64,000 bases of DNA from Glaucostegus cemiculus (GCA_976551045.1 CDPCPM010000026.1:14322001-14386000), one strand, 5' to 3'; positions 24,801 through 37,690 are shown, counted from the stretch's first letter. Numbers and translations are program-made. The notes: generated from the letters alone by a model not told the origin.

Positions 24801-27149
24801 AAGTGATTCCCTCATTGAGCGATGATTTTCATAAGGAGGTACAGATTGTTTCCACATCCCAAACCATAGCACCAACATAATTTGATAGTTTTCAGCTGAG
24901 AGAGGCCAGATGACAAATGTTAATCTCTTACATCCTCCTTTGCAAGACAACCTGCACTAATCTAGCACATGAATGAATGAATCCCTGATCCAATTGCTGA
25001 AATGGCTCACTGGAACAATTGCACAACCTGACATATCCTGTGAGGACATGAAATTAACTTCTGCATTGCTCAAGTGTGAGTGGAGTCACACACCTGGTGT
25101 AGACAGCTAGAGCCACCTTCTGACAGGAACTTCCTGTAGCAGCCTTGCTTAGTCTCCTTACTCTGTTAATACACAGATCCCCAAACCCCTGACTTAAATG
25201 TAGACTTCCATATCCCACTTCTGTGCACCTTTTCACTCCTTTGTGACAGCCATAATGTCTGCTGCTACTGATAGTTGCCATGGAGAGTGTGTCTTTAAGT
25301 GCTGATACTCTCCTAGGATTGTTTGATTGCAGGAAGCTGCATTCAGTTGAACATGGTTCCACTGAGAACCACGCAGGTCCCACCTAAATGCATGAAATCA
25401 CACTAATCCTCTTTCCAATGTTCTTTTAGCCAATTCATTGATTTTTTTTTGCAAGGGATGCAGTGAGCACTATACACAGCACCAATTCAGTATACCAAAA
25501 AAGGATGAAGTCTGATTTCTAGGCTCTTGTGCCTCCATTGAAGCGACTCTCAAAATCATGTGTCCCATGACCCTTTGAAGCCAACCCTGTCAAATTTTAT
25601 GAGGGTGTTGGACTGTGGGTAGGTCTTTCAAATTTTCTACAGTAAAGCCCATTCTTCTTCTTTTCATGTTCATCCAAAACAGCCACAGATCCTTCCAAAG
25701 ACGGACACAGTAGTATTGATTTACCCAGGGCTTGACAATAGCTAGGTTAACAGTTGGAAGGGCTCCAAGGACAGTTTCATGGATGTTCCTGCTTTGGCCC
25801 CACTGAAAGCAAGTGAGATCAAACAATTTCTCCGACACCTAAATAAAGTGTATCATTAATCTGTAATTTTTAAATCAGCAAATAAGTAGGAATTGCCAAA
25901 ACAATTTGGAAAGGGTGGTTGCAATAGAAATTTTCACAACTGTGACACTAAAGATGGTTACAGGAAAAGTCTAAGGTGAAGAAAAGTATTCACAGTTCAT
26001 CGCACCAGTATCTCGTTCAAATGTACTTAAAAAATCTTAGATTGTTTCTCCAGATATTTTGAAGTCTATTGGGTTTATTTTTTGTTGTTATGCTATTTTT
26101 AGCTCAACCATTAACACATTTGTGTAAATCCCAGTCTGTTCAATTTTAGCATAGTTGTTAATCTATTTACTTTAACAGGGTAATGACTGCATTTAAATAG
26201 ACAGGAATTTATGCAAACATGTTAACAGGCACACTAAAAATAGTGCTCAGAGGAAATAACACATTTAATTAAAGGAGTTCTTCCTAATTTCTGCTTAAAA
26301 TTAGTTTTCAGTAAATTGAGTAATTTATTTTTCCTATATCTACTTTTCTGAATAATTTTGACAAATATTCTGATTTCCCATTATATCTGTATGTTCTCTA
26401 TTTGATGAGGTGCTTCTTTAGTCACCTTCATTCAAAACTTTGTACATTCTACCACTGTAATCTTTCCCCATAATTCACATACATTACACATGGGTTTAAT
26501 CTTTTTGTTCTTTTTTGCAGCCTCTTTGTAGTTTCTGGTTTTTTTCCCCACTTAGTGTTGTGGTCAGGGTCATCTACATCAGCTCTGATTAGCATAGTGC
26601 AAAGCATTGATATAAACCTTGGTGAATGCATTCAATTGTTCTGTGTTTCTCCCAGCATTCAATTGCTTTACCATTTTCCCTGGGTATTGAACTAATATAG
26701 CCTCTATCGAGCTACTTTCATTTATTGTACCTTTTTCACTGCAGTGCATTGCTTAATATTTACTGGTACTAAATTCTAATTTGCTAGTATGACCAATTGC
26801 ACAACATAGCTAAACAACTCTAAAGATGGGTTTTTGCCCCTCCCTCCCATCTCTAATTTAGTTTTATCAACATACTTGACGAATTTTCATCTGATTGCAG
26901 CATCCAGGTCATTTATGTAAATGAGACAAAATAAAAGTCAACATAATGAGTACGCTCATTACATAGACCACTCTGTTTTTATTCTGCATCTAATTATTTT
27001 ATGCCTTTTTTTAATATCTCACTCCATAACCTAGACAGAATTTTAAATTACTTAAAAAATATTCTCATAGGGCTTGTCCCAAACTTACTGAGTTTATAAA
27101 TACCGATTAAATAACGAATGTAAAGAGGTGTAAGATCTTCAAAGAAGTC

Positions 27150-27480
27150 AAGGAGGTTCTCTGCTCCCTTGCCTCACAGCTCCAGAGTTCCATGTTAGTT
27201 CCTGACCTCTGGTGCTGTCTATGTGGAGTTTGCATATCCTCCCTGTACCCACACGAGTTTCCTCTGGATGCTCCACATTTGCCTCACATTTTAAAAACAT
27301 GTGGTGTAGTAGGTTTATTGGCCACTGTAAATTGCCCTGTGTGCGTAGGTGAGTGGACAAATTTGGGATGGGGTGGGCAAGATATTTGTTTGAGATGTGG
27401 GTAGAACAAAATAGGTGTTTGATGGTCAATGCGCACTCACTGGATAGAAGGGCCATATTGTATCTATCACTCGATGACTC
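27150..27480 (+). mobile_element. Diverged V-SINE (HE1-like) with CR1-type tail
   Basis: Head 'tgcctcacagctccagag...ttcctgacctctggtgctgtctatgtggagtttgcat'; V-domain 'gagtttcctctggatgctcc..tttgcctcacat'; tail 'gatagaagggcc'. Confidence 0.75.
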
Positions 27481-28249
27481 CTAACTACTCAGTATTAGGT
27501 TTTTGCTGTGCAGATAATCTTCTACCTTATGAATTAGAGCACCTCCCATATTAAATCATTATTATGAATAAGGCAGAATTTTGCGTGTCCTCAGTGTTTC
27601 TCTTTACAATGCAATTACACAAAGAGGCTGTGTGGTGAATATAGTGAATTCCATAAAAATGGAAAATTAATGTTCTGGTAGTTCATAGTGTAAACTGGTT
27701 TCTTATTCATCCCAATGTGTTCATGAGATATTCCATGGTGATAAAAATATTTCTTATTTAGTGCAAAGGTAGTTAATTGACCTTCCTGTAGGCAGAATTT
27801 ACATAATTTCCCAGAATTCACCCAACTCTTTCAGCTCATTGAATAAAATATTGCTCTCAAAGTGATGTCAGAAGAGTGATCATTGGTTTCTCATATCGCA
27901 AAGGACAAATATTGACTGCAACTGAGGGCTATAACATTAAACTATTGACCCAAGGTTACATATGCAACTGGGAAAGTCGCTTATGTAACCCAAAGGGCAG
28001 CAATTTACATTGTGTTCCATGAACTGAAATCAATATTTATTTCATTGTACTCATGGATTTAACATTCTTGAAAATGGCAAAATTCCTGTTCATTTTAGCA
28101 GAGACTATATTGTGAACTGCTTGACATTCAAAGGAAATTTCCCTGCCTATTGTCAGAACAGCAATTAGTGAACTATAATGATTCTTGTTGCTAACTATGA
28201 AAAGTTATTTTTTGACAGGTGACAACTCACAAGTCAATTACATTAACCT

Positions 28250-28495
28250 TTAAATTTGTAAGTTTTATTTACAGCGTGGTAACAGGCCCTTTCGGCCCAA
28301 CGAGTCTGCGCCGCCCATTTTAAACCCGCAAATTAACCTACCCGTACATCTTTAGAATGTGGGAGGAAACCGGAGCACCCGGAGGAAACCCACGCAGACA
28401 CGGGAGAACGTACAACTCCTTACAGACAGCGACGGGGATCGAACCCCGATCGCTGGCGCTGTAATAGCGTTGCACTAACCGCTACGCTATCGTGC
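28250..28495 (-). mobile_element. Young V-SINE (HE1-like), CR1-type tail
   Basis: Minus-strand A-box 'tagcgtagcggttag', B-box 'ggggttcgatcccc', V-domain 'tgggtttcctccgggtgctccggtttcctcccaca', tail 'ttgggccgaaagggcctgttaccacgctgt'. CpGs are retained. Confidence 0.92.
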
Positions 28496-29365
28496 TTAAA
28501 ATAAGAGGGTGAAACCTCCACTGCAATACCAGAGGGACAACTTTCAGATGGATGCATTAAATATTTGAATATTACTGCCCACAATGTAATTCCAAAGCCT
28601 TAACGTTTTAATCTAAGAGGACAATAATAATGATTATTGTCATATCAGAATTTGATGAGTTGAGTTTGATAATAGGCTTTAGCCAAAGAAATATTACTGT
28701 TGACTACACAGGTAACATTAATGGGCTTTAGATAAGATAAATGATTAAGGTTTTACACATAAATGTTTCTTGAATAGTATTTTAATATAATAAAGTTACT
28801 ACAAAGCAACTGTCAATGACATTAAAAATTCACTGAAATAACTTCCTTTCAAACGCTCCACATTTTACTAATTGCAGTAATCTTTTCAAAGACTAAATCT
28901 GCTCCATGGATGAACTCTCAGCACAAAGTCACAAAGCTGCACTAACACTGATCCGTTGATGTATTACTTATCAGTTTCAATGTGCACAGACCTGCTAAAG
29001 ACATGCCACTTAGGAATGAAGTGGCTGTTCTTATAAACAAATACATTGGGAAAATGCCCAGTCCTCCATGAAACAGTCATATGTAAAGCTACACCAAATA
29101 GAGAAATACATTGTGATGGGCCTGTGGGAATAGAAACCGAATATCAAAGAGACTCTTTTGTTTTCACCTCTTCCTTCCAGAACACACCCACAAATATGAA
29201 TGAACAAGACTGTATATAAACACATCCCCATCCACACATCTGAGTCAAGGAAATGACTAAACTATGAGCTTGAGATTTTTTACTTCCAGTATAGATTACA
29301 GTAATCTAAAGACATAAAATAAAATGTCTGTGAGACCTGTGCATAGATCAGGAAAGAAGCAACTT

Positions 29366-29827
29366 AGAAATCTGACATTTTCCATGTAAATTAGGTTTAA
29401 CATAAAGATCTGCACTACGCTCTTAGTTTTTCTGAGACCCCAATAGGAAGCAATCCATGGGCCAAATGGAGGACAATTTTAATTATCCCCATTGAAAATT
29501 GAGTAGATTTTTACAGAACTATTTTGAGGGATATTGCAGAGATTTTCTTTTGAGTTGGTTGTTTAGAAATTGGAATTCTTTGTCTCAATGCAAAATTACA
29601 TCCATTATTGCCTTGCTGAAAAAGAATGGGATATTGCAGAGCATCATAAGAACAATATGTGTGTCTCACACATTGCTCGGTAATGAAACTACATAGAAGT
29701 CTGAAATTTTGCATGTAAGTTAGGTTGTGCATTAGGATGTGCACTGCACTCTTAGTTTTTCAAAAATCCCCAGAGGGGGCCCTCCAAGGTCCAAATTATC
29801 CCCATTGAAAACTGATGAGATTTTTTT
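29366..29827 (+). repeat. Two diverged direct repeats (~29366-29512 and ~29696-29827) in the Helitron 5' region
   Basis: Shared blocks 'tctga(c/a)atttt(c/g)catgtaa(a/g)ttaggtt', 'tgcact(a/g)c(g/a)ctcttagtttt' and 'aattatccccattgaaaa'. Confidence 0.85.
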
Positions 29828-29959
29828 CAGATCTATTTGTGAGTTACTAAGTATTTGGGTGGAGCTGACCTAAGTACTTTTGGTCACCTGAACCATAAGT
29901 TTCTTGGGAAGACCAGCTTTGATTCAAACCAGTTAGATGAATATATCTGAGAGAAAGAG

Positions 29960-31239
29960 CCGAGTTTAATGAGAAACCAAAGAAATGTCTCAGATACCAT
30001 TTACAATGACAGGGAATCATATGTTTTAGGACGCTTCCGATGGAATGGGATAAACTTCATGAATCTACTTTTGGCTAAAGTTCAAAGACAAAACATGCTT
30101 ACCCTGCCGTGACTTTTGATAGGGAGGAACTTGTACACTGGGCTTTTAAACTCCCTTTTTGGTTGAGGAACTGTGAGGGAAAAAGTTTCTAAAAGTAATG
30201 TAAACTTATTATCTGGAATGAATGTACAATGGCTCACAAAGAAGCCACCAAAGCACTAGATCAAACGTTGCATGATCTTAGACACAATAATAAATTAATG
30301 GAAGGTGTTACTTTAGTGCATTCTGGAGATTTTTGTCAAATGCTACCAGTAATTCCACAAGGTATTAAAGCAGATGAATTGAAAGCCTGTACTAAAACAT
30401 CATATATTTGAGAAAATGTTAAACAATTACACTTGAAAAACAATTTTCAAGTGCATTTGACAGACAATTCATCTGAGAGAGTTTGCTTTGAATTCACTCA
30501 AATTAAAGAAATGGGGAAATTAAACAGGAAGACTCAACTGAAATGATGTTGAATGAAAAACTTAGGGTTATAACACTTCATGATCTGAAGCAAGTTGTTT
30601 TGCCAAATATCACTCAACATATTTGAATTACCAATGGTTAAGTGAAAGAGCAATTTTACCACCAAAAATGATGCAGTGCAGACCATGAATAAAGATCTTA
30701 TTTTGAAGTTTCTCAGACAATATTAATCTATTAACAGTGTGACAGACATTGATGAGGCTGTATATCGTCCTGTTGAATTTTTAAAGTCTCTGTTACCATC
30801 TGGTGTGCTAACGCATTGTCTTGAACTAAGAGAAGGAGCTCCAAACATGTTACTCAGGAGTTTGAATCTACCAATACTATGAAATGGCTCAATCATATCA
30901 GTTCAAAATTACTACCTCATGTAACTGAAGGTACAATCATGACTGGTAATGCTGTTGAGGAAAATAGTCTTCATCTCTGAGATACCAATTATCCCATCTA
31001 ATCCACCTCTTCAATTCGAGTGGCTTCAGTCCCCTGTTCAACTTAATTTTACTATGAGCATTAACAAGGCTCAAGGATAATCACTAAAAGTTGTTGGTCT
31101 TAATCTCAAAACTCAATGCTTTTCCCATGTTCAGCTGTGTGTTGATTGCTCCAGAGTTGGAGGTAAAAATAATCCATACATTTTAACACTGGATTCAAAA
31201 GAAAGAGATACAGTGCATTCTAAAGCACTTCAACATTGA
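29960..31239 (+). pseudogene. Helitron PIF1-family (SF1B) helicase, frameshifted
   Basis: Degenerate Walker A DASDGMG*T (~30030). LIIWNECTMAHKEATKALDQTLHDLRHNNKLMEGVTLVHSGDFCQMLPVIP. IPIIPSNPPLQFEWLQSPVQLNFTMSINKAQG*SLKVVGLNLKTQCFSHVQLCVDCSRVG (cf. FPVRLAFAMTINKAQGQSL...FSHGQLYVACSRV). Confidence 0.93.
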
Positions 31240-31989
31240 AATCAAGTATATTTACACATTGTGCATAGGTACATACCTACTTAAAGAGAACAACATTACA
31301 GATAATTTGTGTATACTTAATTATTTTCAGTGCATATGTTTTTATTGGTATCTTTAGTTAAACTACATAATTTTAACCATCCCCCCAAAATTATATAATT
31401 CATAGAGTAATTATATATTTAAGTTAGATTTCATTTCATTTACAAGAAGTGTTACAAAACCTGATGGCATGGAAATAAATGCAAACATCATGATTGCCAA
31501 CATAATAACCAAAACAATGCTGGGTATAGCAGCTAGTCTTATATATTTTAAACAATGGGAAACCTCCCTGTCCTCAGAAGCAGAGCTCTCTGAAGATCTT
31601 GGCAAGGATTTTTCGGTTGCAATGTAGGTGAAACTGTCAATGATTACCATTATTACAGCAAGAAATTGACAGCAAAATTTACTAGCTTAGTTTAACACAG
31701 AAATCACAAAGTTGCTTCCAGTGATGTAGCTGTTCTTCATAAGCTGCTGTAAGAAACCCCAAAAATGTTAACAGTTGATTGCATGAGGTAAAAGTGAGCT
31801 TTTAATAGTGTACTGTCAAAATTGCTTTGTCAAATCTCTAGCCCTAAGAAGCTAACATTAATTGTGTGGAATATAATGTCCGCAGATAGATATTTTAAAC
31901 TATATTGGCCTAGAAATCCTTCAGCACTGTTTTCAATTCTGTAGTGTTGCAGCAGTGGGCCCAGTCTTCAGTGAGACCACAATGGAGCC

Positions 31990-32570
31990 AGGTTCTACAG
32001 GGTGCAAACAAAGCATAAGCACGTTTGTAACAGTAAAGCCTGGCCTGTGTGCATTCCTGCACCAACCATTATCTAGGTCATTCTCCCTGCTTCCATTATG
32101 GCAGAGAAGATGATTGGTGGCAGCCTGGTGGAGAGATGTGCTATTCAATGGGGAAAAGATTGCAGTGGAGTTGGGAGATTTTGAGGTTGGATAGTCGGGA
32201 GAATCAGCATAGGCCAGAGAGATGTTTGGGGACCTGGGGTCATAGGGTCCAGGCAAGATCAGAGTGTGAAAGGGAGAAAATCAGTGAGCCAGGAAGGAAA
32301 TCAGAGGGGCAAGTGTTCTGAGATAATGGCAGGGATGATTTGCAGAGATTGATTAGAGAAAGGAATAGATGTCTAGAGATTTATGAATGAGATTGGAGCT
32401 GGGAAGATATATGGAGAGCAAGTCAAGAGTGAGGTGGAGAGTGGAAGAGGGCCAAGGAGGACAAATCAACAAGAAGACCACAGAGTCACAAATAGGGATG
32501 CTAAAGAGAAAATCATGGAGAGGAAGCAGATAATGATTGGTAAATTGAATGCAGATCTAAGGTTGTTGGG
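31990..32570 (-). mobile_element. Degraded L2-like LINE remnant (purine-rich on +)
   Basis: GA-rich segment with L2 endonuclease-like pieces (reverse complement of 'aaattgaatgcagatct..ggttgttgggga'). Weak. Confidence 0.35.
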
Positions 32571-32585
32571 GAATCAGAAATTGAT

Positions 32586-32879
32586 AAGATATCTTTATTA
32601 GTCACATGTACATTGAAACACACAGTGAAATGCATCTTTTGCATAGAGTGTTCTGGGGGCAGCCTGCAAGTGTCGCCACACTTCCAGCACCAACATAGCA
32701 TACCCACAACTTCCTAACCCATACGTCTTTGGAATGTGGGAGGAAGCCAGAGCACCTGGAGGAAACCCACTCAGACATGGGGAGAACATGCAAACTCCTT
32801 ACGGACAGCAGTGGAATCAAACCCAGGTCGCTGGTGCTGTAAGAGTGTTATGCTAGCCGCTACACTACCGTACCTGCCC
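32586..32879 (-). mobile_element. Full-length V-SINE with Rex/Babar-like tail and 7-bp TSD
   Basis: tRNA head 'ggtagtgtagcggctagcataacactcttacagcaccagcgacctgggtttgattcc', V-domain, tail 'tttcactgtgtgtttcaatgtacatgtgactaataaagatatcttatc'. TSD aattgat at 32579-32585 and 32880-32886. Confidence 0.9.
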
Positions 32880-33636
32880 AATTGATTCATTAAAAACGAC
32901 TCAAACAAATCCCCTGGATGCAGAAGCTGAAGAGGTCACAATCACTCAGGATGTTATGATAAAGCAGGAACTTACCTTAAAGAAGACCATGAATCCTCAA
33001 GGAATCTTTAAGTAAAACAATAGCAGATTATAAGTTGAAAACCATAGGCAAGGTTTATAGCATTCATCAATCATGCAAGTGGAGTAACAAATCCTGTGAG
33101 TGCTGCCAATCATGCCTCATATACCAGATGACATCGGTGCACATGCCCTGCATTCTACATGTGAACAAAGTGTCTAACCTCATTTAGCAACCAGATTTAT
33201 AAATAAAATCTGTTGCTCAGCAGATAAAATTGTTACATCAAACAACAAAAATTCTAACTCAATGGATTTTTTGATATTTTGTTTCATTTATGACATTTCA
33301 ACTTTATTCATATGTGTGTCTGTTCCAGTTTTCATTTTATGCTCTGTAAGGGATAATAAATTAGTGTAACTAATGCTCCTTACCTTTTTTGCATTTTACT
33401 ATTTGCACTTTATCTTGTTGATGATATGCACCTCTACCTCTCCACCACTTTGTCTGGCCACACAGCAACCTCATTGCTGTTTGATCATTCGTGAATCAAT
33501 GTTTCCTTCAGTGAAACCAGAAAGCCTGGAGCCATGGCCTTCAGCACAGAATTAAACGTTGCTCCTTAACTCTGACCTCTGAACAAGGTCATATAAATCC
33601 TATTTCAATCAGAACTGAATCTCAAACTTCAGGTAC

Positions 33637-33775
33637 ACAGCAAATCAGGCTGCATCTGTGGAAAGAAAAACAAAGTTAACATATGTTTACTCTTTCTCTT
33701 CCCATAGATACAGCCTGACCTGCTGAGCATTTTCAGCATTTTTATTTTAGATTTCCAACATGTCCAGTTTTTTTC
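33637..33775. mobile_element. Palindromic (head-to-head) Penelope pLTR fragment
   Basis: 'cagcaaatcaggctgcatctgtggaaagaaaaacaaagttaacat|atgtttactctttctcttcccatagatacagcctgacctgctg': ~44-bp imperfect arms with essentially no spacer. Confidence 0.8.
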
Positions 33776-33874
33776 GTTTTCATTTTCAAACTTCACATGT
33801 GATCCATTACTAAACTGAATAATTTTCACCTTTACAGTGTCAACTTTTCTGTTGCTATCTTAATATTTTCACAA

Positions 33875-34910
33875 ATAAAAATTGCTGGGAAAACTTTGCA
33901 GGTCATTTACAACTGAGGAAAGAGAAACAGTTAAGGCTTCAGGTCCAAGACCCTTCACCAGAACTGCAAAAGAGAGAAAACAAGTTAGCCTAAGTAGCAG
34001 AAAAAGTGGCGGATGGAGGTGGGTGAAAAAAATGGAATGTCTGTAATAGGGTGAAATAATGTAGTCATTTAATGGACAGTTAAGCTCCTTTGTATGAGGT
34101 GTTGCTAATGTTGTGAGGTCCAGGTAATATCATCTTTGGTAAAGGTCTAGGTTATGTTGTGTTTGGCCTACTGGAACACACACAGTCAGCCAGGATATAC
34201 AAATGAAAGAGAAATAAAGAAAGACAAGAATCACATGCAAAAACGGCAAACAAAAAGAAAAAGCACATTATCTAAAGTTGGAGAACTGAGTGTTGAGTCT
34301 TGTAGGTTGCAGCATGCCCAGATGAAAGGTGACCTATTGTTCCTTGAGTTTGCTTTGGCTCTCATTTGGACAGTGCAGGAGGCTATAAGCAGAAAGCTCA
34401 GAGTGGAAGTGGGATGGTAAATTACAAAGACAGGTAACTAGAAGCTCAGGGTCACTCCTGAGGACTGATTGCAGATGCTTTGCAAAGTGATCACTCAATC
34501 TGCATTTGGCTTCTCCAAAGCAGAGAAGGCCACATTGTGAGCAATCCCTTCAAAATGCTGAAAGGACATGGGATGGGAACATGTGTCCAGTGGTGGAATC
34601 ATTTTGGAGTTATTGTAAATTGCAAAGGATAATCCATTGAGTGCAGAAGCTGGTGAGGTGGAAAGTGAGGACCAGGGGAACTCAATTCTTATTCTGTTCA
34701 GAAGGAGAAAGGGTGAAAGCAGAGGCATTGGAAATAGATTAGATGAGGTCAAGGGCTTTGTCCCTCATGGTAGAGGGGAAGTTAAAGGTGAAGGAAAATA
34801 TTTCACCTGTGCAGAATGTCTCATCATCGGTACAAACACAGCAGGATGGAGGACCTGAGTGCATGGAATAGAGTCCCAACAAGAGGCAGGATATAATCAA
34901 GGTAGCTGTG
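33875..34910 (-). mobile_element. Penelope-like element 3' part (RT thumb/linker, GIY-YIG, pLTR with degenerate hammerhead at 33928-33966)
   Basis: Reverse strand encodes RVPLVLTFHLTSFCTQWIIL...QNDSTTGHMFP and a GIY-YIG region (CGLLCFGEAKCRLSDHFAKHLQSV; QSKLKEQ). The pLTR reads 'cagtt-CTGGTGA-agggtcttggacct-GAAG-ccttaactg' on the minus strand. Confidence 0.82.
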
Positions 34911-35219
34911 ACAAACACCTGGACTTGATTTTCTAATACCTTCCTTTCAAGACTCCCATTCCCAACAGTCCATTAGCTCCTACCTGTTCAAAACCCAGCT
35001 GCTCTTGTCCTTTCTTATAATTGTTCCTGTCCTGTTATCCCAATCCCACACTGACTCCCTGTCTCCCACCACATCTCTGGAAATTCTTGCCTCTTTATAT
35101 CCCTGCCATATGCTTTGGGACAGCAACAACATTCATGACTGTAGAGCAACAATGGTAGAACATAACTTAAAACATTTTATTAGTACTTTATCGGTAAGAA
35201 CATAGACAAAAACAAGGTG

Positions 35220-35850
35220 AAAACCATGAATTATGCAGACACGGTCAGAACAGAGGGCATGATTGGTGAACTGATGTTGTTATCTTTTAATAAAAAAGGT
35301 TAAGGGGCATTTAATCAAGGTGTATAACATTATCAGAAGCCAAAAGAGGATGAGGAGGAAGGACAATTTCCCTGACTAGATGGTAGCGTCAAAACCCTCG
35401 TCAAAATCAAAATATTCCTGTATGAAGTAACCACAAGGGTACAAACAGAAAACAGAAGTGGGAATCATACAATAAGATCCTTGTTGGCTATAATGAGCAA
35501 TATGGGCCGGATAGAGTCCTCCAGAGCTTTTATTTACAATTAGTCGATGCGGACGCACTGACAATTTTATGTTTACTTCCTTTAACTATTTACAGGTATA
35601 GTTTTGCAATATTCCCTCATCAAACAGAGGTACCCGAAATAAAATCAATGACTTCAATGTAAATGAGATGGCAGTCTTAAAAAAAACTAAAGTGCTTCCA
35701 GTCAAATAAATTGCCAGGATAGATGGTACTTATCCAGGAGTTTTGAAGGAGAATAGGGCGGAACATTCTGAGGCAATGACAACTGTTACAAGAGGATCAA
35801 TGTACACAGCAGAGGTGCCAGAGAATGAAAAAGATGAATATAATGCACTT
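35220..35850 (+). mobile_element. Highly degraded CR1 remnants
   Basis: 'ttaaggggcatttaatcaaggtgtataacatt' (LRG.LI.VY.I) and 'ccaggatagatggtacttatccaggagttttgaagga' (PG.DG..PRVLKE). Confidence 0.45.
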
Positions 35851-36299
35851 TTAATATTATTGAACTATGAATCTATATTGGACTAGGTATACATACCAGA
35901 ATAATAATCTGATCAGGACACTACTCACCAAACATAAGGATGAATTTTAATTCTCAGAAAGAATGTTGCTGGCAAATGTAGGCTAAAGCCTTTCCAGGCC
36001 ATTACAAACATATCTTTCTGAGGTGCCTGAAATCAAATGTTAGACTCAAGATTTGCAAAGTTCAGGGACCTATCATCTGTTTTAAACAGTTACTAGGGAT
36101 GCCAGAAAATGGTCCCACACAATTCTGGATCAAACATTTTTAAGTCATTCTTGGGGTGCAGGAAGTTGGACCCCCAAATTAGACATGATTCTGCCTCATC
36201 ATTGTAAATTTCAAATCGGTCCATCTTGTGAGCACATGTGGCAGAAAGAGTGACCAAGTAATGTAAGTGCAGTGCATAACTCATTTTGTTTTGTAGCTT

Positions 36300-36570
36300 T
36301 CAAAAGGATATCAGGTTCACGATATGTGTCTGGTGGCGGAATCTTTCTGGAACTGGTGGAAATTACAAAGGATGATCCACTGAACACAGAGGTTGGTGAG
36401 GTGGAAGACGAAGACCAGGAGAACTCTGTTCTTGTTCTGTCCAGAAGAACAAAGGGTGAAAGCAAGGACATTGGAAATAGATTAGATGTGGTCAAAGGCT
36501 CAGTCCACTATGGTAGAGGGGTAGTCAAGACTAAAGATGGGAAATATTTCAGAAGCATCTGTGCAGAGAA
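36300..36570 (-). mobile_element. Penelope-like internal fragment homologous to 34575-34830
   Basis: ORF 36211..36495 MTTSNLFPMSLLSPFVLLDRTRTEFSWSS aligns with ORF 34495..34752 MTSSNLFPMPLLSPFLLLNRIRIEFPWSS. Confidence 0.8.
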
Positions 36571-36641
36571 CCATCAGAGCAACTAAAAGAAAGAAATATG
36601 ATCAAAAATTAGATGGAAGAGCAAAATGTTCCAGAGAGCTA

Positions 36642-37085
36642 CACACATGAAATGCTGGAGGAACTCAACAGGTCAGGCAGCACCTACAGAGGGAAATGAA
36701 CAGTCGATATTTAGGACCAAGACACTTCATCAGGACTGGAAAGAAAGAGGGCAGAAGTCAGAATAAAAGAGGAAGGGGTGGGGAAGGAGCACAAGCTCAC
36801 AGGTGAGAGGTGAGTCCAGGTAAGAGGGGGGACAGTAGGTGGCTGGGGGAGGGGCGGTAAAAGGGAATGATGTGAGAAGCTGAGAGGTGATAGGTGGAAG
36901 AGGCAAAGGGCTGAAGAAGAAGGAATCTGATAGGAGAGGACAATAGACGGAATAAAGGGGTGGGCAGGTTGTGAGGGGGCAGAGGGGGAGGAGAAAGAGA
37001 AGGGGTGAAGGGGCCACAGGATAAGGGAAAACAAGGAGTGGGAGGGAAGAAAAACAGAGGGGAGTCGTTATCGGAAGTTCCACTT
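36642..37085 (-). mobile_element. Penelope-like pLTR with purine-rich 3' UTR and degenerate hammerhead (36701-36738)
   Basis: 'aaatgctggaggaactcaacaggtcaggcagcacct'. Minus strand reads 'cagtc-CTGATGA-agtgtcttggtcc-taaatatc-gactg'. Confidence 0.8.
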
Positions 37086-37589
37086 CAGAGAGCTCTCCAG
37101 TCCAGAGAGCTATTTACCTTTATGTCAGAAAAAGTAGTTGAATTTATAAAGCAAATAATTATCTGCATGTTTTTTTGGACAGAATAGACTTGTGTTAATT
37201 GAGTACAATATCAGACACAGATTATTATTTCCTTGAGATAAAGGAAAAGAGCCAGAGAGAAAGAGAGAGGCAATTTAGTTGCTCATTCTGATTTGATTTC
37301 ATTTTATTTACTTCTAAAGACTCCTATTTTAATTCCTTCAACCTGGAATAAATGGCAGACAAGAATCCTAAAACTTCTTATGAGCTCAGTTATCATCCTA
37401 AATAAAACCTATCCCCTTTGGTATCACTATGTAATAGAGACAGTTCATTGCACGTTTCCATGATTCTGAGCTTGGGAGCCAGATTGCAATGTGCTGCTTT
37501 TATTCTGCGGTACATTTAGTGCTATTGCCAGAGCATGAATTCTCCCACCTTGATCAGGGCCCTGAGATAGGCTGCCAGAGCAGCTGTCT

Positions 37590-37690
37590 GTTCAGATCTG
37601 ATGAACAATATTCCACCTGCAACATTAACTCTGCCTCTCTCTCCGTTGATGCTTCCTGACCTGCTGAGTATATCCAGCATTTTTGCTTAT
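37590..37690 (+). mobile_element. Penelope pLTR fragment
   Basis: 'tctgatgaac...cctgcaacattaactctg...gatgcttcctgacctgctgagtatatccagcatt'. Confidence 0.65.

Larger units (their letters stand above)
29305..31536 (+). mobile_element. Non-autonomous Helitron with both putative termini
   Basis: 5' a|TCtaaagacataaaataaaatgtctg at 29305. 3' degenerate hairpin 'accaaaacaatgctgggta' then gCTAG|t ending at 31536, consistent with an A-T target. Internal PIF1-type helicase pseudogene; no Rep domain seen. Confidence 0.75.

Noticed and set aside
28425-28495. tRNA gene (A and B boxes)
   Set aside because: It is the tRNA-derived head of a V-SINE, contiguous with the V-domain and LINE tail. The same holds at 32800-32879 and 63161-63225.
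29366-29827. Repeat-spacer-repeat as a CRISPR-like array
   Set aside because: There are only two long diverged units, inside a Helitron in eukaryotic DNA, with no cas genes.
36711-37083. Pro/Ser/Leu-rich ORFs of 107-117 aa
   Set aside because: These are low-complexity pyrimidine-rich Penelope 3' UTR, open by composition.
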